From NCBI GenBank assembly GCA_037443365.1, contig JBBIOM010000007.1, forward strand, positions 1 through 64,000: a stretch of DNA of 64,000 nucleotides, written 5' to 3'. The notes below the pieces were generated by a model. That model worked only from the letters and a program-made list of their open reading frames with translations, did not search any database and was not told the DNA's origin. The DNA is from Armatimonadota bacterium (GTDB taxonomy: Bacteria > Sysuimicrobiota > Sysuimicrobiia > Sysuimicrobiales > Humicultoraceae). Positions 1-9,036 of the stretch are shown piece after piece (the first letter of the stretch is position 1; every line of letters begins with the position of its first letter). Made by a program: the position numbers and the translations under genes.

Positions 1-160
1 CGAGGGAGCCGGCTAGAGCAATGCGTCCAGTAGCGCTCTGGCTCGCGCCCTCGAGATGCCCCAGCCCACATTCCCCTGCGGCCCCGGTAGTCTTCGGAAT
101 CCCGCTGATAGGTGTCTCTTCTCCCTGTAACAGAAATGACCGCGAGGAGGCAGGCACATC

Positions 161-1525
161 ATGACATCAAATGCGCGCCATATCGACGCGTTCCTGTCGG
201 AGCGCCTGGATGAGTACATAGCCGAGACCGCACGGCTCTGCGCCTCACCCAGCATCTCGGCGCAGGGGGTTGGCCTTCCCGAGTGCGCGGGTCTCGTGGC
301 AGATCTGCTCGAGCGCAAGGGCTTCCAGGTCCAAAGCATCCCCACCGAAGGGGCACCCGTGGTCGTCGGGCGGCTGGAGGGCCTGGCCTCCCGGACGTTG
401 CTCTTCTACAACCACTACGACGTGCAGCCCCCAGAGCCGCTCGAGCTGTGGACCACGCCACCGTTTGAGCCCGTGGTGCGCGACGGCGCGCTCTACGCCC
501 GGGGCGCCAAGGACGATAAGGGCGAGTTCGTGGCGCGCCTGGCCGCGGTGGACGCGGTGCGCGCCGCGCACGGCGGGACCCCACCCTGCGGGGTGCTGTT
601 CGTGGTGGAAGGGCAGGAGGAGATAGGGAGCCCGCACATAGCGCGGTTCGTACAGGACCACAAGGATCTCCTCTCGTGCCACGGCGCGGTCTGGGAGGAA
701 GGCGGGACCGACGCCGATGGCCGGCCGCAGGTGTCGCTGGGCCGGCGCGGGATCCTGGAGGTCGAACTCGGGGTTGAGACCATGCGGGTGGACGCCCACT
801 CCGGGGCGGCCGATACGCTTCCCAACGCTGCCTGGCGGCTGCTGCGCGCGCTTGCGAGCCTGAAAGGGCCTGACGAGCGCATCCGCATACCGGGCTTCTA
901 TGACGCGGTCCTGCCGCCGTCTGCCAGGGATGTCGAGATGCTCGATGCGCTGCCCGACTACGAGCCGCACCTGCGCGCCACCTACGGCGTGCGCGAATTC
1001 GTGCTTGGGCGAAAGGGGCGGGACCTCAACCGCGCGGTATTCGAGCCGACCTGCAACATCCAGGGCCTGACCGCGGGATACCAGGGCGCGGGCGCCAAGA
1101 CGGTCATACCCGCGCGCGCTGCGGCCAAGCTCGACTTCCGGCTGCTGCCCGATCAGGATCCGGATGAGATATTCGGCCTGCTTGAGAAGCACCTCGAGCA
1201 CGAGGGATTTGGCGATGTAGAGGTAACGTGGATCGGCGCGATGTGGCCGTCCCGGGTCTCGGTGGACGATCCGCTCGTCGGGCTGACCGCGCGCACCGGA
1301 GAAGAGGTCTACGGGAAGCCCAGCCTGCTCCTACCCCTGGGCGGAGGGAGCAGCCCCTTCTACGCCTTCGCCCGGCCGCTCCGAATCCCGGTGGTGACCG
1401 CCGGGGTGGGCTACGGGCGCAATCGCACGCACGCGCCTGACGAGCACGTGCGTCTCTGCGACTTCCTCAACGCGGCCCGGCACATAGCACGCATCCTGGA
1501 GGGGTTCGGCGACCTGGGGTCATAG
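161..1525 (+). CDS. M20/M25/M40 family metallopeptidase (ArgE/DapE-like)
   Basis: YNHYDVQPPEP, RGAKDDKG, EGQEEIGS and HAPDE motifs; GAGGAGG RBS upstream. Confidence 0.9.
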   Translation: MTSNARHIDAFLSERLDEYIAETARLCASPSISAQGVGLPECAGLVADLLERKGFQVQSIPTEGAPVVVGRLEGLASRTLLFYNHYDVQPPEPLELWTTPPFEPVVRDGALYARGAKDDKGEFVARLAAVDAVRAAHGGTPPCGVLFVVEGQEEIGSPHIARFVQDHKDLLSCHGAVWEEGGTDADGRPQVSLGRRGILEVELGVETMRVDAHSGAADTLPNAAWRLLRALASLKGPDERIRIPGFYDAVLPPSARDVEMLDALPDYEPHLRATYGVREFVLGRKGRDLNRAVFEPTCNIQGLTAGYQGAGAKTVIPARAAAKLDFRLLPDQDPDEIFGLLEKHLEHEGFGDVEVTWIGAMWPSRVSVDDPLVGLTARTGEEVYGKPSLLLPLGGGSSPFYAFARPLRIPVVTAGVGYGRNRTHAPDEHVRLCDFLNAARHIARILEGFGDLGS

Positions 1526-2362
1526 CAGCCTGTGCAGCGCTGAGTGGTCCAGATCGCCGCCGCCCTCGTCCACCAGCGTCTGAAGACGCGCGGTGACGCT
1601 CTCGGTGTGTGGAAGACGTGCGCCGACCGAGGACGCCAGGCCGAGCGCCATGCGCAGGTCCTTGAGATGCGCCCTGGCCTTGCCGCCCGGCACGTAGGCG
1701 CGCCTGATCATGCGCGTGCCGTGGATCTGGAGCACAGCGGAGTCCGCGAACCCACCGCGCAGGGCCTGCTGCACCAGTCCGGGGTCGAGACCGCACTTCT
1801 CGGCGAGCGTCAACGCCTCGGCCACCGCCTCGATGGCCAGCCCCACGATGATCTGGTTGATGATCTTGGTCGTGTGCCCGGAGCCGGCCTCCCCGACGTG
1901 GACCACGTTGCCGCCGAGCGCCTCGAGCACGGGCCAGGCGCGCGCCACGTCCGCCGCCGATCCCCCGGCCATGATGGCCAGCGTGCCCGACGATGCGCCT
2001 TCCGGCCCGCCTGATACCGGCGCGTCCACCCACCCGATTCCGCGCGCCCCAAGACGGGCCGCGTGCGAGCGCGATCGCGCCGGGTCCGACGAGCCCATGT
2101 CGAGCACGAGGTGTCCAGGGCGCATGTGCGGCTCCAGTTGCGCAAGCACCGCGTCCGTGGCGCTCGTGTCAGCCAGCATGAGGAGCAGGACCTCTGCCGC
2201 GGCCGCGTCGTTGAGGTCCTGACACAGCGGGATTCCAGCGACCAGATCCCGAGGAAGGCTTGAGCGGTTCCAGCCGCGCGCATCGGACCCCCTGTCGAGC
2301 AGCCGACGGGCCATGGGCCGCCCCATGAGGCCCAGGCCCAGCACGGTTACGCTGGCAGGCAT
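1520..2362 (-). CDS. NAD(P)-dependent beta-hydroxyacid dehydrogenase (3-hydroxyisobutyrate / 2-hydroxy-3-oxopropionate reductase family)
   Basis: GLGLMGRPMA Rossmann motif, DAPVSGG, catalytic K in GHTTKIINQ, KDL. Confidence 0.9.
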   Translation of the reverse strand: MPASVTVLGLGLMGRPMARRLLDRGSDARGWNRSSLPRDLVAGIPLCQDLNDAAAAEVLLLMLADTSATDAVLAQLEPHMRPGHLVLDMGSSDPARSRSHAARLGARGIGWVDAPVSGGPEGASSGTLAIMAGGSAADVARAWPVLEALGGNVVHVGEAGSGHTTKIINQIIVGLAIEAVAEALTLAEKCGLDPGLVQQALRGGFADSAVLQIHGTRMIRRAYVPGGKARAHLKDLRMALGLASSVGARLPHTESVTARLQTLVDEGGGDLDHSALHRLL

Positions 2363-2470
2363 CGCATGTCAACCCCTTTCCAGGTCTTCAATCAATGTAA
2401 CTCGAAGGCAGGCGGCGTACCACCTGCATGCGCACAGGAAGAGGGCCGGTCGCGCCGGAATCCTTGACAC

Positions 2471-3667
2471 GTGGACCCGCTGGGCGCGATGCCTGTGGCC
2501 TTGGCGCTCGGCGCCGCCGTCATCGAGGCCCGGCGCCACCGTCGGCATCTGGAGAGCATTCCCCACCGGATACACGTGAACGGCACGCGCGGTAAGTCGA
2601 GCGTCGTGCGCCTGGTCGTCGCTGGCCTGCGCTCTGGCGGGCTGCGGGTCGTCGGCAAGACCACGGGCTCCGCTCCCCGCATCCTGCTGCCCGACGGCTC
2701 AGAGGTCGACCTGCGCGGCAGCCGGCGACCCTCGCTGCACGAGTACCAGCAGGTGGCCGCGCTCGCCTCGCGCGCCCGAGCCGACGCGCTGGTGGTGGAG
2801 TGCATGGCGGTGCGCCCGGAGCTGCAGCGAGTCGCCGAGACGCACCTGATCCGCGCGACCGTCGGGGTGCTTACCGGAGCGGGCCTGGATCATGTCGGCG
2901 TCATGGGCGGCTCGCTGGGCGAGATCACGGAGGCGCTGGCAGCGACGATTCCCGCAAAGGGCGTGCTGGTGACGTCCGGCCCATCGCCGCCGCCTGTCTG
3001 GCTAGAGCGGGCCGTGGAGCGCGGGACTCGTGTGCGTACCGCGGTCGCTGATCCCGACATGCCGCTTCCCGCTGGCCACATTGAGTGGCCCGAGAACCAG
3101 GCAATCGCCCTGGAGGTATGCCAGGAGGTAGGCGTAGACCGCACCACCGCGCTGGCCGGCATGCTCCGGGTGGGGGGCGATCCAGGGGCGCTGCGCGTAT
3201 GGCGCCTGCACCGGTCCGGCCGCCCGGGTGCGCGATGCGACCCGGGAATATGGCTGGTCGGCGCCTTCGCCGCCAACGATCCGGCATCGACCAAGCGGCT
3301 GCTTGGGCTCGTGCGCCGGCAGTTCGGCCTGAGTGCGGTGCCGTTGAGCGGAATCCTGAACACCAGGTCCGATCGGGGCGAGCGCACCCTGCAGTGGTGC
3401 GATGCGCTGCTCTCGGGGGAGTTCCATGTCGACCGCCTGATCCTGACCGGTCCGCACGCCCGGGCAGCCGCAGGACTGCTGGACCGGCATGGGTGGGGGA
3501 AGGGGCGCGTGCGCGCACCTGCCAGGGGTTCCCCGGAAGAGGTGACCCGCGCCGCTATCGAGGGAACCGATGGACCCCTCCTGGTGGCCGGGATGGGAAA
3601 CGTCGCCGGGCTGGGATCGGCGCTCCTACGGTATTGGTCCGCGGTGGGCGCGGATGCGAGGGGGTGA
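2471..3667 (+). CDS. pgsB: poly-gamma-glutamate synthase PgsB/CapB
   Basis: RIHVNGTRGKSSVVRL, GKTTG, ECMAV, AFAANDP and NTRSDRGER motifs; alternative start ATG 2489. Confidence 0.92.
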   Translation: MDPLGAMPVALALGAAVIEARRHRRHLESIPHRIHVNGTRGKSSVVRLVVAGLRSGGLRVVGKTTGSAPRILLPDGSEVDLRGSRRPSLHEYQQVAALASRARADALVVECMAVRPELQRVAETHLIRATVGVLTGAGLDHVGVMGGSLGEITEALAATIPAKGVLVTSGPSPPPVWLERAVERGTRVRTAVADPDMPLPAGHIEWPENQAIALEVCQEVGVDRTTALAGMLRVGGDPGALRVWRLHRSGRPGARCDPGIWLVGAFAANDPASTKRLLGLVRRQFGLSAVPLSGILNTRSDRGERTLQWCDALLSGEFHVDRLILTGPHARAAAGLLDRHGWGKGRVRAPARGSPEEVTRAAIEGTDGPLLVAGMGNVAGLGSALLRYWSAVGADARG

Positions 3668-3670
3668 AGC

Positions 3671-4102
3671 ATGGCTGAGGCGCTGGGTGCCGGTCTGATC
3701 GTGTCGCTGCTCCTTTCCGAGGTGGTGGGGTTCTCCGCCGGAGGCCTGATCACACCGGCGTACCTGGCCCTGCTGCTGGATCAGCCGTGGCGCCTGGCCG
3801 GGACACTTGTCGCGGCAGGGGCCGCCTACGGCGCCTATCGAGGGCTGTCCGGCCACGTGATCCTCTTTGGTCGGCGGCGGTTCGTGGCCATGGTGCTGCT
3901 CGGCGTTGCCTCGAGCTGGATCATCCAGGCGGCCGCTCCTGCGGCCGCTGTAGCCCTGGCAGTGCCGGTGGGCACCATCGGCTACGTTCTGCCCGGCTTG
4001 ATCGCCAACGATTTCGAGCGGCAGGGGATCCTGGCCACCGTGGCCATGCTGGCCGCGGCCACGGTGGCCGCGGCGCTGGCGATCCGCGCGCTGGGGCTGT
4101 AG
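3671..4102 (+). CDS. pgsC: poly-gamma-glutamate biosynthesis membrane protein PgsC/CapC
   Basis: GFSAGGLITPAYLAL, ILFGRRRF, IGYVLPGLIAN..RQG; directly follows pgsB. Confidence 0.93.
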   Translation: MAEALGAGLIVSLLLSEVVGFSAGGLITPAYLALLLDQPWRLAGTLVAAGAAYGAYRGLSGHVILFGRRRFVAMVLLGVASSWIIQAAAPAAAVALAVPVGTIGYVLPGLIANDFERQGILATVAMLAAATVAAALAIRALGL

Positions 4103-4109
4103 GCGCGGG

Positions 4110-5189
4110 TTGGGCGCGGGCGTGCGGCGGCATCGCTACCCCCCGGCTGTGCTCGCGGCTCTGCTAGGCCTTTCGCTGGCCGCAGGCGCCGCTGGCCGCG
4201 TCACCTCCGCGCCCCGCGAGTCCTCTGAGGCGATGCTGCGGGCCGCCGGCCTGATGGCGCAGGGGATCGCCGCGGTGCGCCAGGCGCGGCTGGGGCAAGG
4301 CCTGGCACTCAATCCATGGACAGATCCCAACCAGACAGGCCTGATCGGGACCGAGTGGTCGGCCATGACCACGACACTGGGCTCGCTTGTCTCCAAGCGC
4401 ACCTGCACGAATCCCAACCTGGCAGCCGGCCTGGCGCGCTGGCTACATGAGGCAGGCGTGGGAGAGGGCAGCGTCGTGGCAATCGGCGCCTCGGGATCGT
4501 TCCCGGCGCTTGCGCTCGGGACGCGTGCCGCGGTGCTCGCCTTGGGAGCCCGGCCCGTCAGCATCAGCTCGGTGGGCTCTTCCAGCTGGGGAGCCAACGA
4601 GCCGGCGTTCACCTGGCTGGACATGGAGGTCGCGCTGGAGCGCGCCGGCCTGGGCCCGCGCTCCGTGGCCGCGTCCCTGGGAGGCGAGGACGACGAGGGC
4701 TCAGGCCTTGGTCCGGACGCGCGCCGCCTGCTCGTGGCGGCGATCGCTCGCTCGGGTGTTCCGCTGCTCTCGGGCGCGACGCTAGATGCACGGATAGGGG
4801 CGCGCATGGACGCCTACGACGCCGCCTCCGGCGGACGGATCGCGGCCTTCGTCAACATCGGAGGGGCCCTGGCCAACACGGGAACATGCCCTGGCGTCAT
4901 GCACCTGCGTCCCGGCGTGCACCGCGTCCTTCCCCCCTGCCGGGGAGAACCAGGTGTCATGTGGCGGATGAGCGCGCGAGGGATCGTGGTTCTGCACCTG
5001 CTGCACGCCGACGGCATCGCGGCAGCGTTCGGATTGCCGGTTGACCCTGTGCCGCTCCCAGAGCCTGGGCGCGGAGCACCTTTCGCCCAGGCGTCACGCC
5101 CGGGCTCCGCGGCGCTGCTTGTCGCCTTCCTGGCATGCCTGCTGGCAATCGTCCGGATGGGCTCCGGGGTGAATAGGGCAGGTGCCTGA
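4110..5189 (+). CDS. pgsW: poly-gamma-glutamate system protein PgsW
   Basis: DPNQTGLIG.EWS.MTTTLGSL.SKRT.TNPN, SGSFP, SSVGSSSWGAN, FVNIGG; position after pgsBC. Confidence 0.85.
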   Translation: MGAGVRRHRYPPAVLAALLGLSLAAGAAGRVTSAPRESSEAMLRAAGLMAQGIAAVRQARLGQGLALNPWTDPNQTGLIGTEWSAMTTTLGSLVSKRTCTNPNLAAGLARWLHEAGVGEGSVVAIGASGSFPALALGTRAAVLALGARPVSISSVGSSSWGANEPAFTWLDMEVALERAGLGPRSVAASLGGEDDEGSGLGPDARRLLVAAIARSGVPLLSGATLDARIGARMDAYDAASGGRIAAFVNIGGALANTGTCPGVMHLRPGVHRVLPPCRGEPGVMWRMSARGIVVLHLLHADGIAAAFGLPVDPVPLPEPGRGAPFAQASRPGSAALLVAFLACLLAIVRMGSGVNRAGA

Positions 5190-5243
5190 TGGCATGAAGG
5201 TCCTCGCCGGTCTACACTAGAACCGATGTGGGAGGTGAGGCAA

Positions 5244-5858
5244 ATGCCCTGTAGCAGGGTTCTCCGTGCCGCACTTGGGCTGCCGGCCAGGACGGCGCTG
5301 CTGGCCGCACTCGCGATCCTGTGCGTCGCCGTGCCCGCAGGCCTGGCGGCGCCGGCGGCGGGCGCGCCCGCGTTCACGGCAGACCCTCCGGTCCTGCTTA
5401 CCTCGGCCGGACAGAGCGCGGATCTGCAGATCGTCAAGATCCTCCTGGAGCGGCTGCGGCTGCCCGATGTTGCGACGAAGCCGCTGGCTCGCGTCGAGGA
5501 TGTGCGCGACATCCGGACCCTGGTCGTCGCGGTGGGCGGCAGTTCGAAGGGCTTGGGCGCAGCAGGGATTGACGCCGACCAGGAGATGGCGCGCGTGGCC
5601 GCGCTGCTCGTACGGGCGCAGGAGGCCGGGGTCAAGGTCCTCACACTGCACGTGGGCGGCAACGCCCGGCGGGGAGAACTCTCCGACCGCTTCATAGCCG
5701 CGGTGGTGCCCAGAAGCGGGCACGTGATCGTGGCGTCGGACGGCAACGCCGACGGGCTGTTCACGCGCCTCGCGACGCAACACCGCGTTACCCTTGAGAG
5801 CGTCGAGCGCCTCTCCGACGTGGAGCCGGTGCTCCGAAGGATCTTCCGCGTCAGGTAG
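5244..5858 (+). CDS. exported DUF6305-like protein
   Basis: signal peptide; PVLLTSAGQSAD, VAVGGSSKGLGAAGID, LHVGG..RRG.LSD, GNADG; GGAGGTG RBS before ATG 5244. Confidence 0.75.
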   Translation: MPCSRVLRAALGLPARTALLAALAILCVAVPAGLAAPAAGAPAFTADPPVLLTSAGQSADLQIVKILLERLRLPDVATKPLARVEDVRDIRTLVVAVGGSSKGLGAAGIDADQEMARVAALLVRAQEAGVKVLTLHVGGNARRGELSDRFIAAVVPRSGHVIVASDGNADGLFTRLATQHRVTLESVERLSDVEPVLRRIFRVR

Positions 5859-5899
5859 GCCGTGCGGCAGTTCGGATCTCTGTTGGAGGTGAACACGCG

Positions 5900-7603
5900 A
5901 TGATGAAGCACCTGTGGCGCCCCTGCGGCGCGCTGGCCGCGGCGGTGACAGTGGCCGTTGGGGGAGTGCTCGCCGCGCCTGGTACTCTCGTGGCGCAGAC
6001 GATCAACCCGATTGCGACCGGGCGTGCCGGCATGGTGGCCACTGCAACCCCGCTGGCCACCGAGATCGGGCTCGAGGTTCTTCAGCAAGGCGGCAACGCC
6101 ATAGACGCCGCGGTGGCTGCCGCGTTTGCGCTTGGTGTGGCCGAGCCGAACGCCTCAGGGCTGGGCGGGGGAGGGTTCATCCTTGTCCGCTTCGCCCGCA
6201 CGGGCGAGCTCGCCTACATAGACTACCGCGAGGTGGCGCCGGCCGCTGCCAGGCCGGACATGTACCTCGATCCCGACGGCCGCGTGCGCCCGGGCTCCAC
6301 GACGGTTGGCCATCTGGCCGTGGGCGTGCCGGGCACGCTGGCGGGCCTGCACATGGCGCTTACACGCTACGGCACGATGAGTCTCAAGCAGGTGATGGCT
6401 CCGTCTGTGGCGCTGGCCGAGCGCGGCTACGTGGTGACCAAGACGCTCTCCGGCATGATGCAGGACAATCTGGACAAACTCAACCGGTTCCCGGCGGCCG
6501 CGGCGGTCTATACCAAACGGGGGCTTCCGTACGATCCGGGTGACCGCCTGGTGCTGCGCGACCTGGCGGCCACGTACCGCCTGATCGCCTCGACCGGGCC
6601 GGCCGCTTTCTACGAGGGCGAGATCGCCGACGCCATCGTGGCCGAGATGAAGCGGGGCGGAGGCCTCATCACGAAGGCCGATCTGGCCGGCTATCGTCCG
6701 AAGATGCGCGTTCCGGTGCGCTCGACCTACCGCGGTTACGAGATCATCTCCAGCCCGCCTCCCAGTTCGGGCGGCACGCATGTGATTCAGGCGCTCAACA
6801 TCCTCGAGGGCTACGACATGGCTGCCCTGGGCTTTCAGACCCCGGCCGCCCTGCACCTGACGATCGAGGCGTTGAAGCGCTCGTTCGCGGACCGCGCGCG
6901 ATACATGGCCGACCCGGACTTCGTCCCGGTGCCGGTCGCCGGTCTCGTCTCGAAGGACTACGCGGCGCTGCTGCGCAGGGGCATAGATCCGAACCGGGCC
7001 TCGCCCAGTGTCGCCCCGGGCAACCCCGAGCCCTTCGGCAAGTCGGCCAACACCTCGCACATATCGGTGGTGGACCGCGAGGGCAACATCGTGGCGCTCA
7101 CGCAGACGATCAACTACTTCTTCGGGTCGGGCGTGCTGGTGCCCGGGACCGGGATCATCCTGAACAACGAGATGGACGACTTCGTGCCCACCCCTGGATC
7201 GGCCAACTCCGTGCAGCCCGGCAAGCGGCCGCTCTCGAGCATGGCGCCCACGCTGGTGCTCCGCGAGGGCCGGCCGTTCATGACCGTGGGCTCGCCGGGC
7301 GCCACGCGTATCATCTCGGCCCTGGCGCAGATCATCATGAACGTCGTGGACTACAAGATGGACATCCAGACCGCGATCGAGGCCCCGCGCATTCACGCCA
7401 TGACACGCGACGTCTTCATGGAGGGTCGCATCTCTCCCGACGTGCGTGCGGCGCTGGCGGCGATGGGGCACCCGCTCCTGGTCCGCGGCCCCATGGATCT
7501 CTACTTCGGCGGCGCGCAGGGGATCCTGATCGCGCCCAACGGCGTTCTGTTCGGCGGAGCGGATCCGCGCCGCGACGGGTTCGCCAAGGGGTTCTGGTTC
7601 TAG
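5900..7603 (+). CDS. ggt: gamma-glutamyltransferase (exported)
   Basis: GGNAIDAAVA, SGLGGGGF, autoprocessing site N|TSHISVVD, LNNEMDDF, PGKRPLSSM, GSPG, DPRRDG; signal peptide. Confidence 0.95.
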   Translation: MMKHLWRPCGALAAAVTVAVGGVLAAPGTLVAQTINPIATGRAGMVATATPLATEIGLEVLQQGGNAIDAAVAAAFALGVAEPNASGLGGGGFILVRFARTGELAYIDYREVAPAAARPDMYLDPDGRVRPGSTTVGHLAVGVPGTLAGLHMALTRYGTMSLKQVMAPSVALAERGYVVTKTLSGMMQDNLDKLNRFPAAAAVYTKRGLPYDPGDRLVLRDLAATYRLIASTGPAAFYEGEIADAIVAEMKRGGGLITKADLAGYRPKMRVPVRSTYRGYEIISSPPPSSGGTHVIQALNILEGYDMAALGFQTPAALHLTIEALKRSFADRARYMADPDFVPVPVAGLVSKDYAALLRRGIDPNRASPSVAPGNPEPFGKSANTSHISVVDREGNIVALTQTINYFFGSGVLVPGTGIILNNEMDDFVPTPGSANSVQPGKRPLSSMAPTLVLREGRPFMTVGSPGATRIISALAQIIMNVVDYKMDIQTAIEAPRIHAMTRDVFMEGRISPDVRAALAAMGHPLLVRGPMDLYFGGAQGILIAPNGVLFGGADPRRDGFAKGFWF

Positions 7604-7618
7604 ACGCCAGGCCCTGAG

Positions 7619-8893
7619 ATGACGGTCCACCCCGCCCTGATCCTGGCCGCCATGGCAGGCACCTTCGCCGTGGCGGCCCTGGCTTTCCGCTGGCCGGTAG
7701 GGCTGGCGCTGGCGCTGGGGGCGACCTCCGGGACGCTGCTCGCCGGGGAAGGGATACCGCTGCGGCATCTGGTCGAGGGAAGCTTCGGGTTCCTGGACGT
7801 GATCCTCATGATCGCGTCGGCGATGATCTTCATGAAGGTCCTGCAGCGCAACGGCCTGCTCGAGACCCTCGGCCGGCAGATCCTCGACGCCTTTCGCGGA
7901 CGCCCTTCCCTTCTCTTGATCGCGCTGATGCTCTTCGTCATGTTCCCCGGCATGATGACCGGGTCTTCGAGCGCCTGCGTGTTCACAACGGGCGCGATCG
8001 CGGCCCCTGTGCTGATCGCGATGGGCATACCTACGGAGCGGACGGCGGCCATAATCGCCATGGGCGCGGTCCTTGGAATGGTGGCGCCGCCGGTCAACAT
8101 CCCGGCGATGATCATCGGCGGCGGGGTTGACATGCCCTACGTTGGCTTCGGCATTCCGCTGCTGTTGTTGACAGTACCCCTGGCCGTGCTGTTCGTGCTG
8201 CTGCTGGGGAGGCGGCATGTGGCAGACGCCGGGCGGATTCCAGCCGACCGGCTTCCGCCCTCGCACTACGCGCGGCTCGGAGGTCGCCTCTACCTGCCGC
8301 TGCTGGTCGTGGGGACCTTCATGATCGGCCCCAAGGCCACGCCGTTGATCCCTGATCTGGGGCTTCCGCTCGTCTTCCTGCTGGGCGCGGCGACCGGCCT
8401 GGTCACCGGACTGCCGGTGCGTCCGATGCGCGTGGCGCGAGAGGCGGTGCACGAGGCGCTGCCGGTGATGGGTATTCTGATGGGTGTGGGCATGTTCATA
8501 CAGGTCATGGCGCTCACCGGGGCGAGGGGGGCCGTGGTGATCGCTGGCCTGGTCCTGCCCTCGGTGCTGCTGTTCGGCGCCATAGCCGTGACGATGCCCC
8601 TGTTCGGGGCCGTCTCCGCCTTTGGATCCGCGTCGGTCCTGGGCGTGCCGTTCTTCCTGGCCCTGCTTGGGCGCAACGGGATCGTGGTGGGCTCGGCGCT
8701 CTCGCTCATTGCAAGCCTGGGCGACCTGATGCCGCCCACCGCGCTGGCAGGGATCTTCGCCGCGCAGGTGGTGGGGCTGCCCGGCTACTTCGGTGTCCTG
8801 CGCCGGTGTCTGATCCCGGCGGTCATCGTGGCGGCGGTCGGGATCGCCGCCCTCGTATGGGCCAACCCGCTGGCCAGGCTGCTGGGACTATGA
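7619..8893 (+). CDS. TRAP large-permease (DctM)-like / ion-transporter superfamily membrane protein
   Basis: about 11-12 hydrophobic segments; PGMMTGSS, LGMVAPPVNIP, LGDLMPPTA hairpin motifs. Confidence 0.8.
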   Translation: MTVHPALILAAMAGTFAVAALAFRWPVGLALALGATSGTLLAGEGIPLRHLVEGSFGFLDVILMIASAMIFMKVLQRNGLLETLGRQILDAFRGRPSLLLIALMLFVMFPGMMTGSSSACVFTTGAIAAPVLIAMGIPTERTAAIIAMGAVLGMVAPPVNIPAMIIGGGVDMPYVGFGIPLLLLTVPLAVLFVLLLGRRHVADAGRIPADRLPPSHYARLGGRLYLPLLVVGTFMIGPKATPLIPDLGLPLVFLLGAATGLVTGLPVRPMRVAREAVHEALPVMGILMGVGMFIQVMALTGARGAVVIAGLVLPSVLLFGAIAVTMPLFGAVSAFGSASVLGVPFFLALLGRNGIVVGSALSLIASLGDLMPPTALAGIFAAQVVGLPGYFGVLRRCLIPAVIVAAVGIAALVWANPLARLLGL

Positions 8894-9036
8894 TCACCTG
8901 GGTCTACCGCGCGATCGTGCTCCTGTTGCTGGTCCTGGTGGCCCTCGATCTCGCGGAGGAGCGGGACCTCAAGAAGCAACTCGTGGCCGCCATCGTGCTG
9001 GTGCCGCTCCTGCTGCGGCTGCTGATGGTGCGATGA
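8890..9036 (+). CDS. 48-aa two-helix membrane peptide ([48 protein letters not shown])
   Basis: ATGA start/stop overlaps with both neighbours (8890-8893 and 9033-9036); two hydrophobic helices. Confidence 0.8.
   Translation: MITWVYRAIVLLLLVLVALDLAEERDLKKQLVAAIVLVPLLLRLLMVR

Noticed and set aside
1-160. Imperfect hairpin at the window start as a riboswitch or leader
   Set aside because: Truncated by the window edge, weak pairing for GC-rich DNA, no known motif.
6155-8452. Long antisense or alternative-frame ORFs (e.g. 6155-8452, 12386-14323, 17503-19707, 37646-39793, 48780-50192, 51187-52596, 55426-56973)
   Set aside because: Shadow ORFs expected from high GC3 codon bias opposite well-supported genes; no recognisable motifs.
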